Origin: Flavobacterium sp.
GTDB taxonomy: Bacteria; Bacteroidota; Bacteroidia; Flavobacteriales; Flavobacteriaceae
DNA: 64,000 nucleotides
Direction of reading: 5' to 3'
Assembly (NCBI RefSeq): GCF_044377315.1
Contig: NZ_JBILJG010000005.1
Coordinates: 32,618-96,617, forward strand
This document shows, piece after piece, positions 1-10,822 of the stretch; within the stretch, counting starts at the first letter, position 1, and the number at the start of each line of letters is the position of its first letter. Under the pieces are notes generated by a model. The model did no database searches, was not told the origin of the DNA, and was given only the letters and a program-made list of their open reading frames with translations. Made by a program: the position numbers and the translations under genes.

Positions 1-139
1 AATTTATTTTGTCAAAATTCATAACTGTACTTTTTTTTGCATTTGCTATTATTCAGTTCATTTTTCAAAAATTTAAATTGTTTTATTTTTATGTTATAAA
101 TTACTCCAAAAAAGAGATTTGTAGTATCTTTGCAGTGCT

Positions 140-2437
140 ATGAACATGTATAAAAAACTGCTTTCAATTTTACTTTTTTTTGTATTGTCCTCATCATCTT
201 TTGGACAATATATTACTGTTACAGAAAATAAAACAATTAATGAGTTAGTTGAAGACATTCTTATAAACAGCCCATGTGCAAATGTTACCAATATTTCGGT
301 AAACAGTCTCAATCAAGCTGGAGGTGATAGTTATGGGTATTTTACATCAGGAACAAGTATTTTTCCTTTTGCTGATGGTATTATTTTGAGTACTGGAAGA
401 GCCGTTTCGGCTGTTGGCCCTAATAGTAATATTCTTAGCGAAGGTTCTACTAGCTGGTCGGGCGATGCTGATTTACAAAATGCTCTAGGTATTTCCAACT
501 CCATAAACGCAACCGTTTTAGAATTTGATTTTCAGCCAGTTTCCAATAAAATAAGCTTTGAATATATTTTTTCATCCGAGCAGTATTTATCCAATCCTTC
601 CCAAAATCAATGTAATTTTACAGATGGTTTTGTTTTTCTTCTCAAAGAAGTTGGTTCAACAAATCCTTATCAAAATTTAGCAGTAATTCCTGGTACTACA
701 ATTCCAGTAAAAGTAAATACTGTTAGAGGGCAAGGTACAATTTGCCCACCTGCAAATGAGGAGTTTTTTGGTGGATTCAATGGTTTTGATCATCCGACTA
801 ACTTCAATGGACAAACCAAAGCACTAATTGCCCAAGCAAACGTAACAGCCGGCACTATTTATCATATTAAACTAGTGGTGGCTGACCAAGGAAACAATCT
901 TTATGACTCGGCCATTTTCCTTAAAGGTGGCAGTTTTAATATTGGTGTAAATTTAGATGAAGACCGATTATTTGCTACCCAAAATCCTTTGTGTGATGGA
1001 GAAAAAGTGCTATTGAATGGAGCAGTTTCTGGAGCATCAAATTATAAATGGTTCAAAGATGGTAATTTACTTATTGGAGAAAGTAATGCTACTTACGAAG
1101 TAACTTCGGCAGGTATATACAAAGTTGAAGTTGAAATAAGTGCTTCCTGCACTGCAACTGATGAAATTGTTATTGAGTATGCTGCGCCAATTATTACTAG
1201 TGTTCTAACTCTTTTGCAATGTGATGATAATAGCGATGGAATTTCGACTTTTAATCTAACCAAAGCAAATGGATTAATTGCCTCAAATCTTACTATTGAA
1301 GATTATTATCTTACTCAAATTGATGCTGAAAATGAAACTACTAAAATTCAAAATCCTACCAACTTCTCAAACTCTATTGCAAATCAAGTCATTGTTAGGG
1401 TTCGAAATGAATTTGGATGTATCGGTTTTGTTACACTTCAACTTCAAATACCAAATAATATAACTAGTTCTGTAACCAAAGAATATTGCGATCAAGACAA
1501 TAATCAAGATGGATTGACCCAATTTACAATTCAAGATTTTGATGCCGTTTCATTAGAAATTTTAACCACATTACCATCTGGTTATTCACTTTCTTATCAT
1601 ACTACTATTCAAGATGCTGTGCTACAGGCTAATGCTATTTCGATGCCATTTTCTAATACAATTGCATCTTTGCAAACTCTTTATGCTAGGGTTATAAATG
1701 GCGAAGATTGCTACGGAATCATTCCTGTAAATCTAATAATTAATACCTTTTCACCATTAAATTTTGAAGATGAAACTATTGGTATTTGCTCTGGAATTCC
1801 ACAAATAATTGGTATTGACACTGGATTTTCAAGCTATAGTTGGAATGCGAACCCTACGCTAACATCAAATCAAATTAGTGTTTCTCAACCTGGAACTTAC
1901 ATAGTTGAAGTTACAAATTTAAAAAATTGCAAAGCCTCCAAAACATTTTTTATAACAGCATCAGAAAGCGCTATAATTGGTTCTATCTCAATTGATGATT
2001 TTAATGGGCAAAATAATTCGGTCTTAATAAATTATACTGGAATTGGAGATTATGAGTTTTCATTAGATGGTTCTACTTTTCAGGAAAGTAATTATTTTAC
2101 TAATGTTCTTCCAGGCGATTATACTGTCTATATTATTGATAAAAAGGGTTGTGATACTGTAAAAACAGAAATCACAGTTATAACTTACCCAACCTTTTTT
2201 ACTCCAAATGGTGATGGCTATAATGATACTTGGAAGATAAAAAACATAGATATTTACCCAAATTGTTCGTTAGAAATATATGACAGATACGGTAAATTGT
2301 TAAAAAACTTATCTGCTAATGATTCTGGTTGGAATGGAAAAATATCAAACGAAAATCTTCCTGCCGACGACTATTGGTTTATACTCACTTTAAGTAATAA
2401 AAAAGAAATTAAAGGTCATTTTAGTTTGAAAAGATAA
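140..2437 (+). CDS. Secreted multidomain surface protein with an N-terminal choice-of-anchor-L-like domain, Cys-bracketed repeats, and a C-terminal T9SS type B sorting domain
   Basis: 765-aa ORF with signal peptide MNMYKKLLSILLFFVLSSSSFG. The N-terminal block (SPCANVTNIS..GDADL..FEYIFSSEQY..DGFVFLL..KLVVADQGNNLYDSAIFLKGGSF) resembles choice-of-anchor L domains. The C-terminus FFTPNGDGYNDTW..YDRYGKLL..WNG..LPADDYWF..KGHFSLKR is the gliding-motility/T9SS type B CTD signature. Confidence 0.85.
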   Translation: MNMYKKLLSILLFFVLSSSSFGQYITVTENKTINELVEDILINSPCANVTNISVNSLNQAGGDSYGYFTSGTSIFPFADGIILSTGRAVSAVGPNSNILSEGSTSWSGDADLQNALGISNSINATVLEFDFQPVSNKISFEYIFSSEQYLSNPSQNQCNFTDGFVFLLKEVGSTNPYQNLAVIPGTTIPVKVNTVRGQGTICPPANEEFFGGFNGFDHPTNFNGQTKALIAQANVTAGTIYHIKLVVADQGNNLYDSAIFLKGGSFNIGVNLDEDRLFATQNPLCDGEKVLLNGAVSGASNYKWFKDGNLLIGESNATYEVTSAGIYKVEVEISASCTATDEIVIEYAAPIITSVLTLLQCDDNSDGISTFNLTKANGLIASNLTIEDYYLTQIDAENETTKIQNPTNFSNSIANQVIVRVRNEFGCIGFVTLQLQIPNNITSSVTKEYCDQDNNQDGLTQFTIQDFDAVSLEILTTLPSGYSLSYHTTIQDAVLQANAISMPFSNTIASLQTLYARVINGEDCYGIIPVNLIINTFSPLNFEDETIGICSGIPQIIGIDTGFSSYSWNANPTLTSNQISVSQPGTYIVEVTNLKNCKASKTFFITASESAIIGSISIDDFNGQNNSVLINYTGIGDYEFSLDGSTFQESNYFTNVLPGDYTVYIIDKKGCDTVKTEITVITYPTFFTPNGDGYNDTWKIKNIDIYPNCSLEIYDRYGKLLKNLSANDSGWNGKISNENLPADDYWFILTLSNKKEIKGHFSLKR

Positions 2438-2471
2438 TTTTTTTCTATCTTTAAATTCTTTTTTTAAATTT

Positions 2472-5400
2472 ATGAAAAAAATTGCGTTACTTTTCTTCTT
2501 TTTACTAACCAATACTGGTTTCTCACAACTAAGTAAAACTCATTATATACCGCCAATTACTTGCTCAAATAATGAGTTCTCAATTGCAGAAGAACAATTT
2601 ATATATATATCAACACCAAGTATTAATCCAGTAAATTTCAGAATAATTCAACTTGGTTCATCAACTATTTTGGGAACCGTATCGAGAAATAATCCGTATT
2701 CTTTTAGTATTGGTACTGGAACTTATACACAATTTATATTAGACAACAGTTTGGTTGGATCAATAGCATCTGACAAAGGTTTTATTATAGAAGCAGAAAG
2801 TGTAGTTTATGTTTCTGTTAGATTAAATGGTGGAGGTTCAAATCAAGCTGGTCAAATAACTTCAAAAGGACTCGCGGCTTTAGGCAAAGAGTATAGAGTT
2901 GGAGCATTTCGAAATAATAACTTACAAGGTTTTGGCTCTAACAATATTACTTTCGCATCAGTTTTGGCCACCGAAAACAATACCGTCGTAACTTTTAATA
3001 ATATAAAAAATGGTGTAACTTTATTAAATTCTTCAACTGGAAACACTCCTTTTTCTATAACTCTAAATAATGGTCAAAGCTATGTAATAGCAACAAGCGG
3101 AAATACTACAAGCGCTAATAGAGATGGGCTAATTGGAATGAAAATTTCTTCAGATAAAGATATTGTGGTTAATTGTGGCTCAACAACTGGATCTAATGGG
3201 TCTTCAAATACAGATTATGGAATTGATCAATTAGTATCGTTTGAAAAAACGGGAAAAGAATATATTTTTATAAAAAGTACTGGCCAAGCTGTTACAGAAG
3301 TTCCCTTATTAGTTGCTAATAAAGATACCAAAGTTTTTCTCAATGGTAATAATGATAATGACAATCCTGATTTTCTAATTAACGAAGGTAGTTATTTGGC
3401 ATTTAATGGAAATGATTATGATGAAAATGGTAATTTATATATCAGAACTTCTGAAAATATTTTTGCATATCAGTGTGTTGGCGACAATACACGTACTGAC
3501 TTCGCTAATCAAAATATGTTTTTTGTACCACCACTTAGTTGCGAAACACCAAAAGGAATTGATAACATTCCAAATATTAACAAAATTGGGAGTAAAGATT
3601 TTATTGGTAGAGTTGCTATAACAACTAAAACTGGTTCTATTTTAAACTTCATTATAAATGGCACATCTTATACATATGAAGAATTAGCATTTGCTGGCTA
3701 CACAACAAATGGTCCAAATACTGTAACTGGAAATGCTAATTATGTAACTTATACAATAACTGGTTTAACAGGTAATGTGGCAGTATATTCTACTAGTGAA
3801 TTATATCTTGCTTCACTTGGAAGCGTTGGAGCTGCAACATTTGGCGGTTATTATTCAGGCTTTATTTTAAAACCTGAAATTTCATTTACAACAATCAATC
3901 CGTTACTCAGTAGTTGTATTCCAAATGCTACTTTGTCAGTTGGAACAATATCATCTTTTGACGAGTTTAAATGGTATTTTAATGGTACACAAATTGGAAC
4001 AGGAACTTCTATTCAACCCAATCAACCGGGTGAATATTATGTTTCTGCAACAAATACTGCATGTAATCGAACTGAAGTATCAGATATTATTCCTGTAAGT
4101 GATTGCACAAATGATTATGATAATGATGGTGTAAATGATAATATAGATATTGATTTAGATAATGATGGAATTGTAAATTGCATTGAAAGTAACTTAACTC
4201 CACAAATTAACCTTTCCAATACAAATAGTGGAACAATTTCTGTCAACTCATCTTTACCAATTTATGACACTACCTTTACTGGACAAATTACAACATCATT
4301 TAATGCTGTTGCCAACCCTATAATTGGAAATATTGACGGTAGCTTTAGTAGCGAAGTTCCAGCAGGAAAAACAAGCTTTGTTTCTTACACGCTTTCATTA
4401 ACAGATGCAACAAAAAGTTTTCCTTTGGGTTTTAAATATTGTTCCGCTGGAAGTCCGAATTTACTTAATGCAGATGCCGAATTTGTAATTAAAGTTCCTG
4501 TTAACAAAAGTATTTCAGTAATTAATCCGGACAACCAACTATTAATTGACACCAATTATGATGGTAATTACGAAAGTGGTGTAACACAATTTACAGCATT
4601 TGAAATACGATTTAGACTTAATGGCTCAATTCCTCTAGCAGCTGGAACAGGTACATTTACCTTTAAAACTATTGCCACAAATTCAATAACTATTATTCAT
4701 AAAAACCTATCAGATACAAATTCAAACAAAGTTGGTTTTATTTTATTTAGCGATTGTATTGGAAATAGTATACAAACCATTGCTATACAAAAGAAATTTG
4801 ACTTAGATTCTGATGATGATGGTATATTAGATTTTGTAGAAGCTCAAGGAACAAATCCTATCCAACTTTCTAATACCGATGCTAATCGTGATGGTTTAGA
4901 CGATGCTTTTGGTGCTGGAATTATTCCTATTGATTCAGATAATGATGGAATTCCAAATTATATTGACGTTGATTCTGATAATGATGGAATTTTTGATATT
5001 GTCGAATCTGGAATAAATCTCACTGGTTTAAACAACAGTTTGGGTTCATTTGGAGGAACTAATTTTGGGAATAATGGAATTCAAAATGCGGTTGAAACTA
5101 CTCCAGACAATGGTATAGTAAACTATATTTTACTAGATAATGACAATGACGGAATTGCAAATTACATTGATTCTGACTCTGATGGTGATGGTTGCAATGA
5201 TGTAATTGAAGCTGGTTTTACTGATGCAAACAATGATGGCTATTTAGGAAATAATTTTCCAGTGACAATTAATACTAATGGAATAGTTCTAGGAACAGCA
5301 AATGGTTACACAACTCCAAATATTAATTATAGTTTAGCTGCTCCTATTTTTATATTGTCTCAACCAACTAATCAAACTACTTGCCAATTAGAAAATGCTA

Positions 5401-7022
5401 CATTTACTATTGCAACAAATGCTGTAGATAGTTACCAATGGCAAGTTTCAAATGACAATGGCACTTCGTGGCAAAATATAACTAATTCACTAATTTATTC
5501 AGGAACAGCTACTAATTCACTAACAATTAGTAAAATACCTGCTAATTTTAGTAATCATCTTTATAGAGTTTTCTTGCAAAAAAATGGTAATTCATGTGGA
5601 TTAATTTCAAACGTAGCCACGATTAATTTTTTATCTCTACCCAACTTAAATTCCCCAATTTCTATTGTGCAATGTGAAGATGATGGCACTGTAGATGGAT
5701 TTTCAATACTAAATTTGAGACAAAAAGAAGATATAAGTTTATCACCAAATGCACTAAACGAAACATTTTCATATTACAAAACACAACAAGGTGCTATTGA
5801 TGCTGATGCTTCTCAGCTAATTTTAAATCCTGAAAGTTATGATAATTCACTAGGAAATACCGTTTGGATAAGAGTTGTAAATAGCAACAACTGCTATAAT
5901 GTTGCACAACTAAATATTGTGGTAACCTCATCACAAATTTCTAATTCATTTAGTTTGGAATTTAAAGAATGTGATGATTTTATTTCAAATTTTAGCGAAA
6001 GTAATGATGGCATTGCAACATTTGATTTTAGCAGTGCTATACAAGCTATTTTAGACGAACTTCCTATTTCCAACACTTATTTTGTTCGTTTTTATACCAA
6101 TCAGAATGATGCTTTATCAGAATTGAATCCTATTCCAGAAGTTGCAATTCCTGGATCAAACCAATATGGAGTGGTTTCAAATTTTAGAAATACAACACCT
6201 AATTTACAACAAATTTGGGTTAGAGTAGACAATACACTCTCTAACGAATGCTTTGCTCTTGGACCTTACATTAACCTAATTGTTACCAAAAAGCCAGATA
6301 TAAAACTTACTGATGAAGCAATAATTTGCCTTAACAAGCCATTTGAAACAGTAACACTAACTGCTGGCATACAAGATGGTAGTCCAGCGTCTAATTATAC
6401 TTATGAATGGTTTAAAGATTCTGTTGCCTTGAATATTATAACATCAACAATAAATATTACAAGTAGTGGCGACTATAAAGTAATTGTAACTTCACTAGTA
6501 GGTTGTACAGAAGAAAGAATGATTACTGTAAAACCTTCTGAAATAGCCACTTTACAAACTATAACAATTTCAGATTTGGTAAATGAAAATTCAATAATTG
6601 TGAATGTTTCGGGTGTTGGTGATTATGTTTATAGCATTGATGCACCTAATTCATTTCAAGAGTCTAATCAGTTTACGAATGTTTCTAGCGGAACACATGC
6701 GGTTTATATTAAAGATAGTAATGGTTGTGGATTAGTTGGTCCAATTGAAATTACTGTTATGAGTTTTCCAAAATTCTTTACACCCAATGGTGATGGTTTT
6801 AATGACACATGGAATATTAGCGGCTACAATTTAGATATAAATGAAAGTGTAATTATAAGAATATATGATCGTTTTGGAAAACTTATAAAGCAAATAAGTC
6901 CAGAAGGAATGGGTTGGAATGGAACATTTGACGGAACTGCTATGCCTGCCGATGATTATTGGTTTATATATGAATTTGAAAACGGGCGAACTGTAAAAGG
7001 GCATTTTAGTTTGAAAAGATAA
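2472..7022 (+). CDS. Giant secreted adhesin-like protein with an N-terminal beta-helix-like region, thrombospondin type-3-like Ca-binding repeats, Ig-like modules, and a T9SS type B sorting domain
   Basis: 1516-aa ORF with signal peptide MKKIALLFFFLLTNTGFSQ. It carries many DxDxDGxxDxxD-type loops (DNDGVNDNIDIDLDNDGIVNC; DSDDDGILDFVE; DSDNDGIPNYIDVDSDNDGIFDIVE; DNDNDGIANYIDSDSDGDGCNDVIE). The C-terminal ~150 aa are paralogous to the preceding gene and end FFTPNGDGFNDTW..ADDYWFI..KGHFSLKR. Confidence 0.85.
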   Translation: MKKIALLFFFLLTNTGFSQLSKTHYIPPITCSNNEFSIAEEQFIYISTPSINPVNFRIIQLGSSTILGTVSRNNPYSFSIGTGTYTQFILDNSLVGSIASDKGFIIEAESVVYVSVRLNGGGSNQAGQITSKGLAALGKEYRVGAFRNNNLQGFGSNNITFASVLATENNTVVTFNNIKNGVTLLNSSTGNTPFSITLNNGQSYVIATSGNTTSANRDGLIGMKISSDKDIVVNCGSTTGSNGSSNTDYGIDQLVSFEKTGKEYIFIKSTGQAVTEVPLLVANKDTKVFLNGNNDNDNPDFLINEGSYLAFNGNDYDENGNLYIRTSENIFAYQCVGDNTRTDFANQNMFFVPPLSCETPKGIDNIPNINKIGSKDFIGRVAITTKTGSILNFIINGTSYTYEELAFAGYTTNGPNTVTGNANYVTYTITGLTGNVAVYSTSELYLASLGSVGAATFGGYYSGFILKPEISFTTINPLLSSCIPNATLSVGTISSFDEFKWYFNGTQIGTGTSIQPNQPGEYYVSATNTACNRTEVSDIIPVSDCTNDYDNDGVNDNIDIDLDNDGIVNCIESNLTPQINLSNTNSGTISVNSSLPIYDTTFTGQITTSFNAVANPIIGNIDGSFSSEVPAGKTSFVSYTLSLTDATKSFPLGFKYCSAGSPNLLNADAEFVIKVPVNKSISVINPDNQLLIDTNYDGNYESGVTQFTAFEIRFRLNGSIPLAAGTGTFTFKTIATNSITIIHKNLSDTNSNKVGFILFSDCIGNSIQTIAIQKKFDLDSDDDGILDFVEAQGTNPIQLSNTDANRDGLDDAFGAGIIPIDSDNDGIPNYIDVDSDNDGIFDIVESGINLTGLNNSLGSFGGTNFGNNGIQNAVETTPDNGIVNYILLDNDNDGIANYIDSDSDGDGCNDVIEAGFTDANNDGYLGNNFPVTINTNGIVLGTANGYTTPNINYSLAAPIFILSQPTNQTTCQLENATFTIATNAVDSYQWQVSNDNGTSWQNITNSLIYSGTATNSLTISKIPANFSNHLYRVFLQKNGNSCGLISNVATINFLSLPNLNSPISIVQCEDDGTVDGFSILNLRQKEDISLSPNALNETFSYYKTQQGAIDADASQLILNPESYDNSLGNTVWIRVVNSNNCYNVAQLNIVVTSSQISNSFSLEFKECDDFISNFSESNDGIATFDFSSAIQAILDELPISNTYFVRFYTNQNDALSELNPIPEVAIPGSNQYGVVSNFRNTTPNLQQIWVRVDNTLSNECFALGPYINLIVTKKPDIKLTDEAIICLNKPFETVTLTAGIQDGSPASNYTYEWFKDSVALNIITSTINITSSGDYKVIVTSLVGCTEERMITVKPSEIATLQTITISDLVNENSIIVNVSGVGDYVYSIDAPNSFQESNQFTNVSSGTHAVYIKDSNGCGLVGPIEITVMSFPKFFTPNGDGFNDTWNISGYNLDINESVIIRIYDRFGKLIKQISPEGMGWNGTFDGTAMPADDYWFIYEFENGRTVKGHFSLKR

Positions 7023-7031
7023 ATGTGTTTT

Positions 7032-7102
7032 AGCCCTGATCGCAACGGCATCCTTGCTGGGCGGTGTTCGCACAGCAAGATATAGTGAAGAGCAGGATTA
7101 GC
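7032..7102 (+). repeat. Intergenic palindromic element, copy A
   Basis: AGCCCTGATCGCAACGGCATCC - hairpin CTTGCTG-N13-CAGCAAG - GATATAGTGAAGAGCAGGATTAGC. The arms match the other copies (see findings). It lies between convergent genes. Confidence 0.7.
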
Positions 7103-7105
7103 TTC

Positions 7106-7134
7106 AAAAAAAAACCACCAACTTTCGTTAATGG
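7106..7134 (-). terminator. Rho-independent terminator of typA
   Basis: The minus strand reads CCATTAAC-GAAA-GTTGGTGG followed by T9, 28 nt after the typA stop. Confidence 0.75.
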
Positions 7135-7161
7135 CTTAGTTTATTTAGATTTAAAATTTAA

Positions 7162-8958
7162 TTATAGTTTAAATCTTTTTCTATCATTTTCTGTTAAATA
7201 GATTTTTCTCAAACGAATAGATTTTGGTGTAACCTCAACATACTCATCTTTTTGAATATACTCTAAAGCTTCTTCAAGAGAGAAAATAATTGGTGGAATA
7301 ATTCTAGCTTTTTCATCATTTCCAGAAGAACGAACGTTAGATTGTTTTTTAGCTTTTGTTACGTTAATACACATATCATCGCTACGAGAATTTTCTCCAA
7401 TAACTTGACCTTCATAAATTTCGTCGTTTGGATTAACAAAGAATTTACCACGATCTTGTAATTTATCGATAGAATACGGAATTGCTTTTCCGTTTTCCAT
7501 AGAAATTAATGAACCGTTGTTTCTTCCAGGAATATCGCCTTTGAAAGGTTCGTATCCTATGTAACGGTGCGACATGATAGCTTCACCAGCAGTAGCAGTA
7601 AGCAATTGATTACGCAATCCTATAATTCCTCGAGAAGGAATATTGAATTTTACAATCATACGTTCACCTTTAGCTTCCATAGATAACATTTCACCTTTAC
7701 GGATAGAAACGAATTCAACAGCACGACCGGATAAAGTTTCAGGTAAATCAATGGTTAATTCTTCAATTGGTTCACATTTTTTACCATCAATTTCTTTAAT
7801 AATAACCTGTGGTTGACCAATTTGAAGCTCATAACCTTCTCTTCTCATTGTTTCAATAAGAACCGATAAGTGAAGAACTCCACGACCAAAAACCATAAAT
7901 TTATCTGCAGAATCAGTTTCACCCATTCTCATCGCTAGGTTTTTCTCTAATTCTTTAGACAATCTATCTCTAATATGACGAGAAGTAACAAATTTACCTT
8001 CTTTACCAAAGAAAGGAGAATCGTTAATAGTGAACAACATACTCATTGTAGGCTCATCAATAGCAATTGTTTGCAATGCTTCTGGATTTTCAAAATCAGC
8101 GATTGTATCACCAATTTCAAAACCTTCAACACCCACAATTGCACAAATATCACCAGCTATAACTTCTTGCACTTTTTTACGACCTAAACCTTCAAAAGTG
8201 TGTAATTCTTTAATTCTTGACTTCATTATTGTACCATCTCTTTTTACCAAAGAAATTGGCATACCTTCTTTAAGAACTCCTCTTTCAAGACGGCCAATTG
8301 CTATTCGACCTGTAAAAGATGAGAAATCTAAAGATGTAATCAACATTTGAGGTGTTCCCTCAGAAACTTTAGGAGCAGGAACATTACCAATTACCATATC
8401 TAATAATGGTTCAATATTATCGGTTACATTTTCCCAATGATCTGACATCCAGTTATTTTTAGCAGAACCATAAACAGTTGGGAAATCCAATTGCCATTCT
8501 TCGGCACCCAATTCAAACATTAAGTCAAAAACTTTTTCGTGCACTTCTTCAGGTGTACAGTTTTCTTTATCAACTTTATTGATAACCACACAAGGTTTTA
8601 AACCTAAATCAATCGCTTTTTGAAGAACGAAACGAGTTTGTGGCATTGGTCCTTCAAAAGCATCAACCAAAAGGCAAACACCATCGGCCATGTTCAATAC
8701 ACGTTCTACCTCACCACCAAAATCGGCGTGACCAGGCGTATCAATAATATTAATTTTTGTCCCTTTATATGAAACAGAAACGTTTTTAGAAGTAATTGTA
8801 ATTCCTCTTTCACGTTCAAGGTCATTGTTGTCAAGAATTAAGTCGCCAGTATTCTCGTTTTCACGAAAAAGTTGACAATGATACATAATTTTGTCAACCA
8901 ATGTAGTTTTACCGTGGTCAACGTGAGCAATAATTGCAATGTTTCTAATAGATTCCAT
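7162..8958 (-). CDS. typA: Translational GTPase TypA/BipA
   Basis: 598 aa with G-motifs [16 protein letters not shown] and NKVD. The EF-G-like domain order continues along the full length. Confidence 0.97.
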   Translation of the reverse strand: MESIRNIAIIAHVDHGKTTLVDKIMYHCQLFRENENTGDLILDNNDLERERGITITSKNVSVSYKGTKINIIDTPGHADFGGEVERVLNMADGVCLLVDAFEGPMPQTRFVLQKAIDLGLKPCVVINKVDKENCTPEEVHEKVFDLMFELGAEEWQLDFPTVYGSAKNNWMSDHWENVTDNIEPLLDMVIGNVPAPKVSEGTPQMLITSLDFSSFTGRIAIGRLERGVLKEGMPISLVKRDGTIMKSRIKELHTFEGLGRKKVQEVIAGDICAIVGVEGFEIGDTIADFENPEALQTIAIDEPTMSMLFTINDSPFFGKEGKFVTSRHIRDRLSKELEKNLAMRMGETDSADKFMVFGRGVLHLSVLIETMRREGYELQIGQPQVIIKEIDGKKCEPIEELTIDLPETLSGRAVEFVSIRKGEMLSMEAKGERMIVKFNIPSRGIIGLRNQLLTATAGEAIMSHRYIGYEPFKGDIPGRNNGSLISMENGKAIPYSIDKLQDRGKFFVNPNDEIYEGQVIGENSRSDDMCINVTKAKKQSNVRSSGNDEKARIIPPIIFSLEEALEYIQKDEYVEVTPKSIRLRKIYLTENDRKRFKL

Positions 8959-8977
8959 CTGAGTTTTTTAATGGGTG

Positions 8978-8985
8978 CAAAAGTA
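8978..8985 (-). promoter_or_regulatory. Bacteroidota -7 promoter box (TACTTTTG) for typA
   Basis: The minus strand reads TACTTTTG, matching TAnnTTTG, about 20 nt upstream of the typA ATG. Confidence 0.5.
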
Positions 8986-9107
8986 CACTTTTTTTTGATA
9001 TAAAAAACCTAAAAAATATCAGCATAATGATTTAATAAAATTCAAACTAGAAAATTATAAAATTGCAATTTTTATTGTAGTTATTTTCGATTTGAGAATA
9101 TAATTTT

Positions 9108-9115
9108 TATCTTTG
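9108..9115 (+). promoter_or_regulatory. -7 promoter box (TATCTTTG) for the histidine kinase
   Basis: ATAATTTTTATCTTTG is identical over 16 nt to the trmD promoter region. The box ends 6 nt before the ATG at 9122. Confidence 0.5.
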
Positions 9116-9121
9116 GTACAA

Positions 9122-10822
9122 ATGAAAAAATCTGCATTACAATATACATTATTCTTAATCTCAATACCAACTACACTTGTTATTATAAGTCATTATATCT
9201 TAATTCAATACAAACATTTACCCAATTATGGCTTATTCTATTTTATCAAAGATATTGTTATTATCTTTATATCGTCATTAGTTGCCTATGTGGTAATTTT
9301 AAAAAATAACAAGAGAAACCTTAAAAAAAATGAGCGCATTAGATTATCTAATGAAAGATATGATATTGTGGCCAAAGCAACCAGTGATACAATTTGGGAT
9401 TGGGATTTAACAACCGATCATTTCACATGGAATAAAGGTATTCAAGGGATTTTTGGATATAAAAAAGGAGATGTTGGAAAAACAAGTAAATGGTTTTTTG
9501 ATAAAATCCATCCAAATGATAGTTTAAAAATGTCGGTAAAAATGTATTCTTATGCAGAGAATAAAATTGAAAGATGGCAGGAAAACTATAGTTTCATGTG
9601 CGCAGACGGAAGTGTTAAACATGTTTTAGACAGAGGTTTTCTTGTAATAAATGAAAAAGGAATTCCCGTCAGAATGATTGGAGCAATGCAAGATATTACC
9701 AAACAAAGAGTAGAAGAATTAAGATTAAAACTACTTGAAACCGTAATTCTTCAATCAAAAAACGCCATTGCCATTACCGAAGCTAACGAAACAAAAGCAA
9801 CAATTCCAACAATTGTTTATGTTAACCCAGCCTTTACAACTATTACTGGCTTTAATCCTAAAGACATTTTAGGAAAGCCCGCAACTGAATATTTTAATAG
9901 AAACTCAGTTAAAAATAATCTAAACAAACTCTCACAAGCATTAAAAAACAAGCAAGAATATAAATTTGAATCTCATAACGTAAGAAAAAATGGGGAGCAA
10001 TACTGGCTGAATATTACTTTATTACCAATATCTAATATTGAAGGAGAACATTCGCATTGGATTTCTATACAAAGAGAAATAACTTTAGAAAAAGAAAGAG
10101 AAAAAGAAAGAGAGCAACTTATAAACGAGCTAACACAAAACAATAAAGATTTAAAGCAATTTTCATATATTACTTCTCATAATTTGAGAGCTCCATTATC
10201 AAACTTAACTGGTTTATTAGACTTATTAAATGATATTCCAATTGAAAATAAAGCACTAAAAGAAATACTTAATGGTTTCTCGAGCTCAACCAAGATGTTA
10301 AATGATACAATAAATGACTTAGCTAAAGTTATTGTAATAAAAGACAGTCTGTCGATAGCCAAAGAGAAACTCATAATTGGTGATATTCTTACCTCTACAC
10401 TACATCAACTTACTAATATAATCTCACTTAATAAACCTGAAATAAAATTAAGTTTAGATAAAGCTCCCGAAATTTATGCTAATAAAACTTTTTTTGAAAG
10501 TATATTATTAAACTTGCTAACTAATGCTTTAAAATACAAGGCAAAAGACAAACAACTAAAAATAGCAATTTCATCAAAGGAACTAAACAACAAAATAATT
10601 TTAACTTTTTGTGATAATGGAATTGGAATAGACCTTAAAAGAAATAAAGATAAGGTTTTTGGGCTCTATCAACGTTTTCATGATTATCCGGACAGCAAAG
10701 GGCTTGGACTATATTTAGTAAAATCTCAAGTAGAAAGTATGGGCGGTAAAATAGAAATTGAAAGTGAAGTAAATTTAGGCACAACATTCACGCTAACCTT
10801 TAATAAAGAAGAAAATGATTAA
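9122..10822 (+). CDS. PAS-domain sensor histidine kinase
   Basis: The ORF-track start at 9113 is TTG and lies inside the promoter box, so the ATG at 9122 (MKKSALQ) is preferred. It has two N-terminal TM helices, two PAS-like blocks, the H-box SHNLRAPLSNL, and HATPase boxes LLTNALKY, DNGIGID and GLGLYL. Confidence 0.9.
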   Translation: MKKSALQYTLFLISIPTTLVIISHYILIQYKHLPNYGLFYFIKDIVIIFISSLVAYVVILKNNKRNLKKNERIRLSNERYDIVAKATSDTIWDWDLTTDHFTWNKGIQGIFGYKKGDVGKTSKWFFDKIHPNDSLKMSVKMYSYAENKIERWQENYSFMCADGSVKHVLDRGFLVINEKGIPVRMIGAMQDITKQRVEELRLKLLETVILQSKNAIAITEANETKATIPTIVYVNPAFTTITGFNPKDILGKPATEYFNRNSVKNNLNKLSQALKNKQEYKFESHNVRKNGEQYWLNITLLPISNIEGEHSHWISIQREITLEKEREKEREQLINELTQNNKDLKQFSYITSHNLRAPLSNLTGLLDLLNDIPIENKALKEILNGFSSSTKMLNDTINDLAKVIVIKDSLSIAKEKLIIGDILTSTLHQLTNIISLNKPEIKLSLDKAPEIYANKTFFESILLNLLTNALKYKAKDKQLKIAISSKELNNKIILTFCDNGIGIDLKRNKDKVFGLYQRFHDYPDSKGLGLYLVKSQVESMGGKIEIESEVNLGTTFTLTFNKEEND

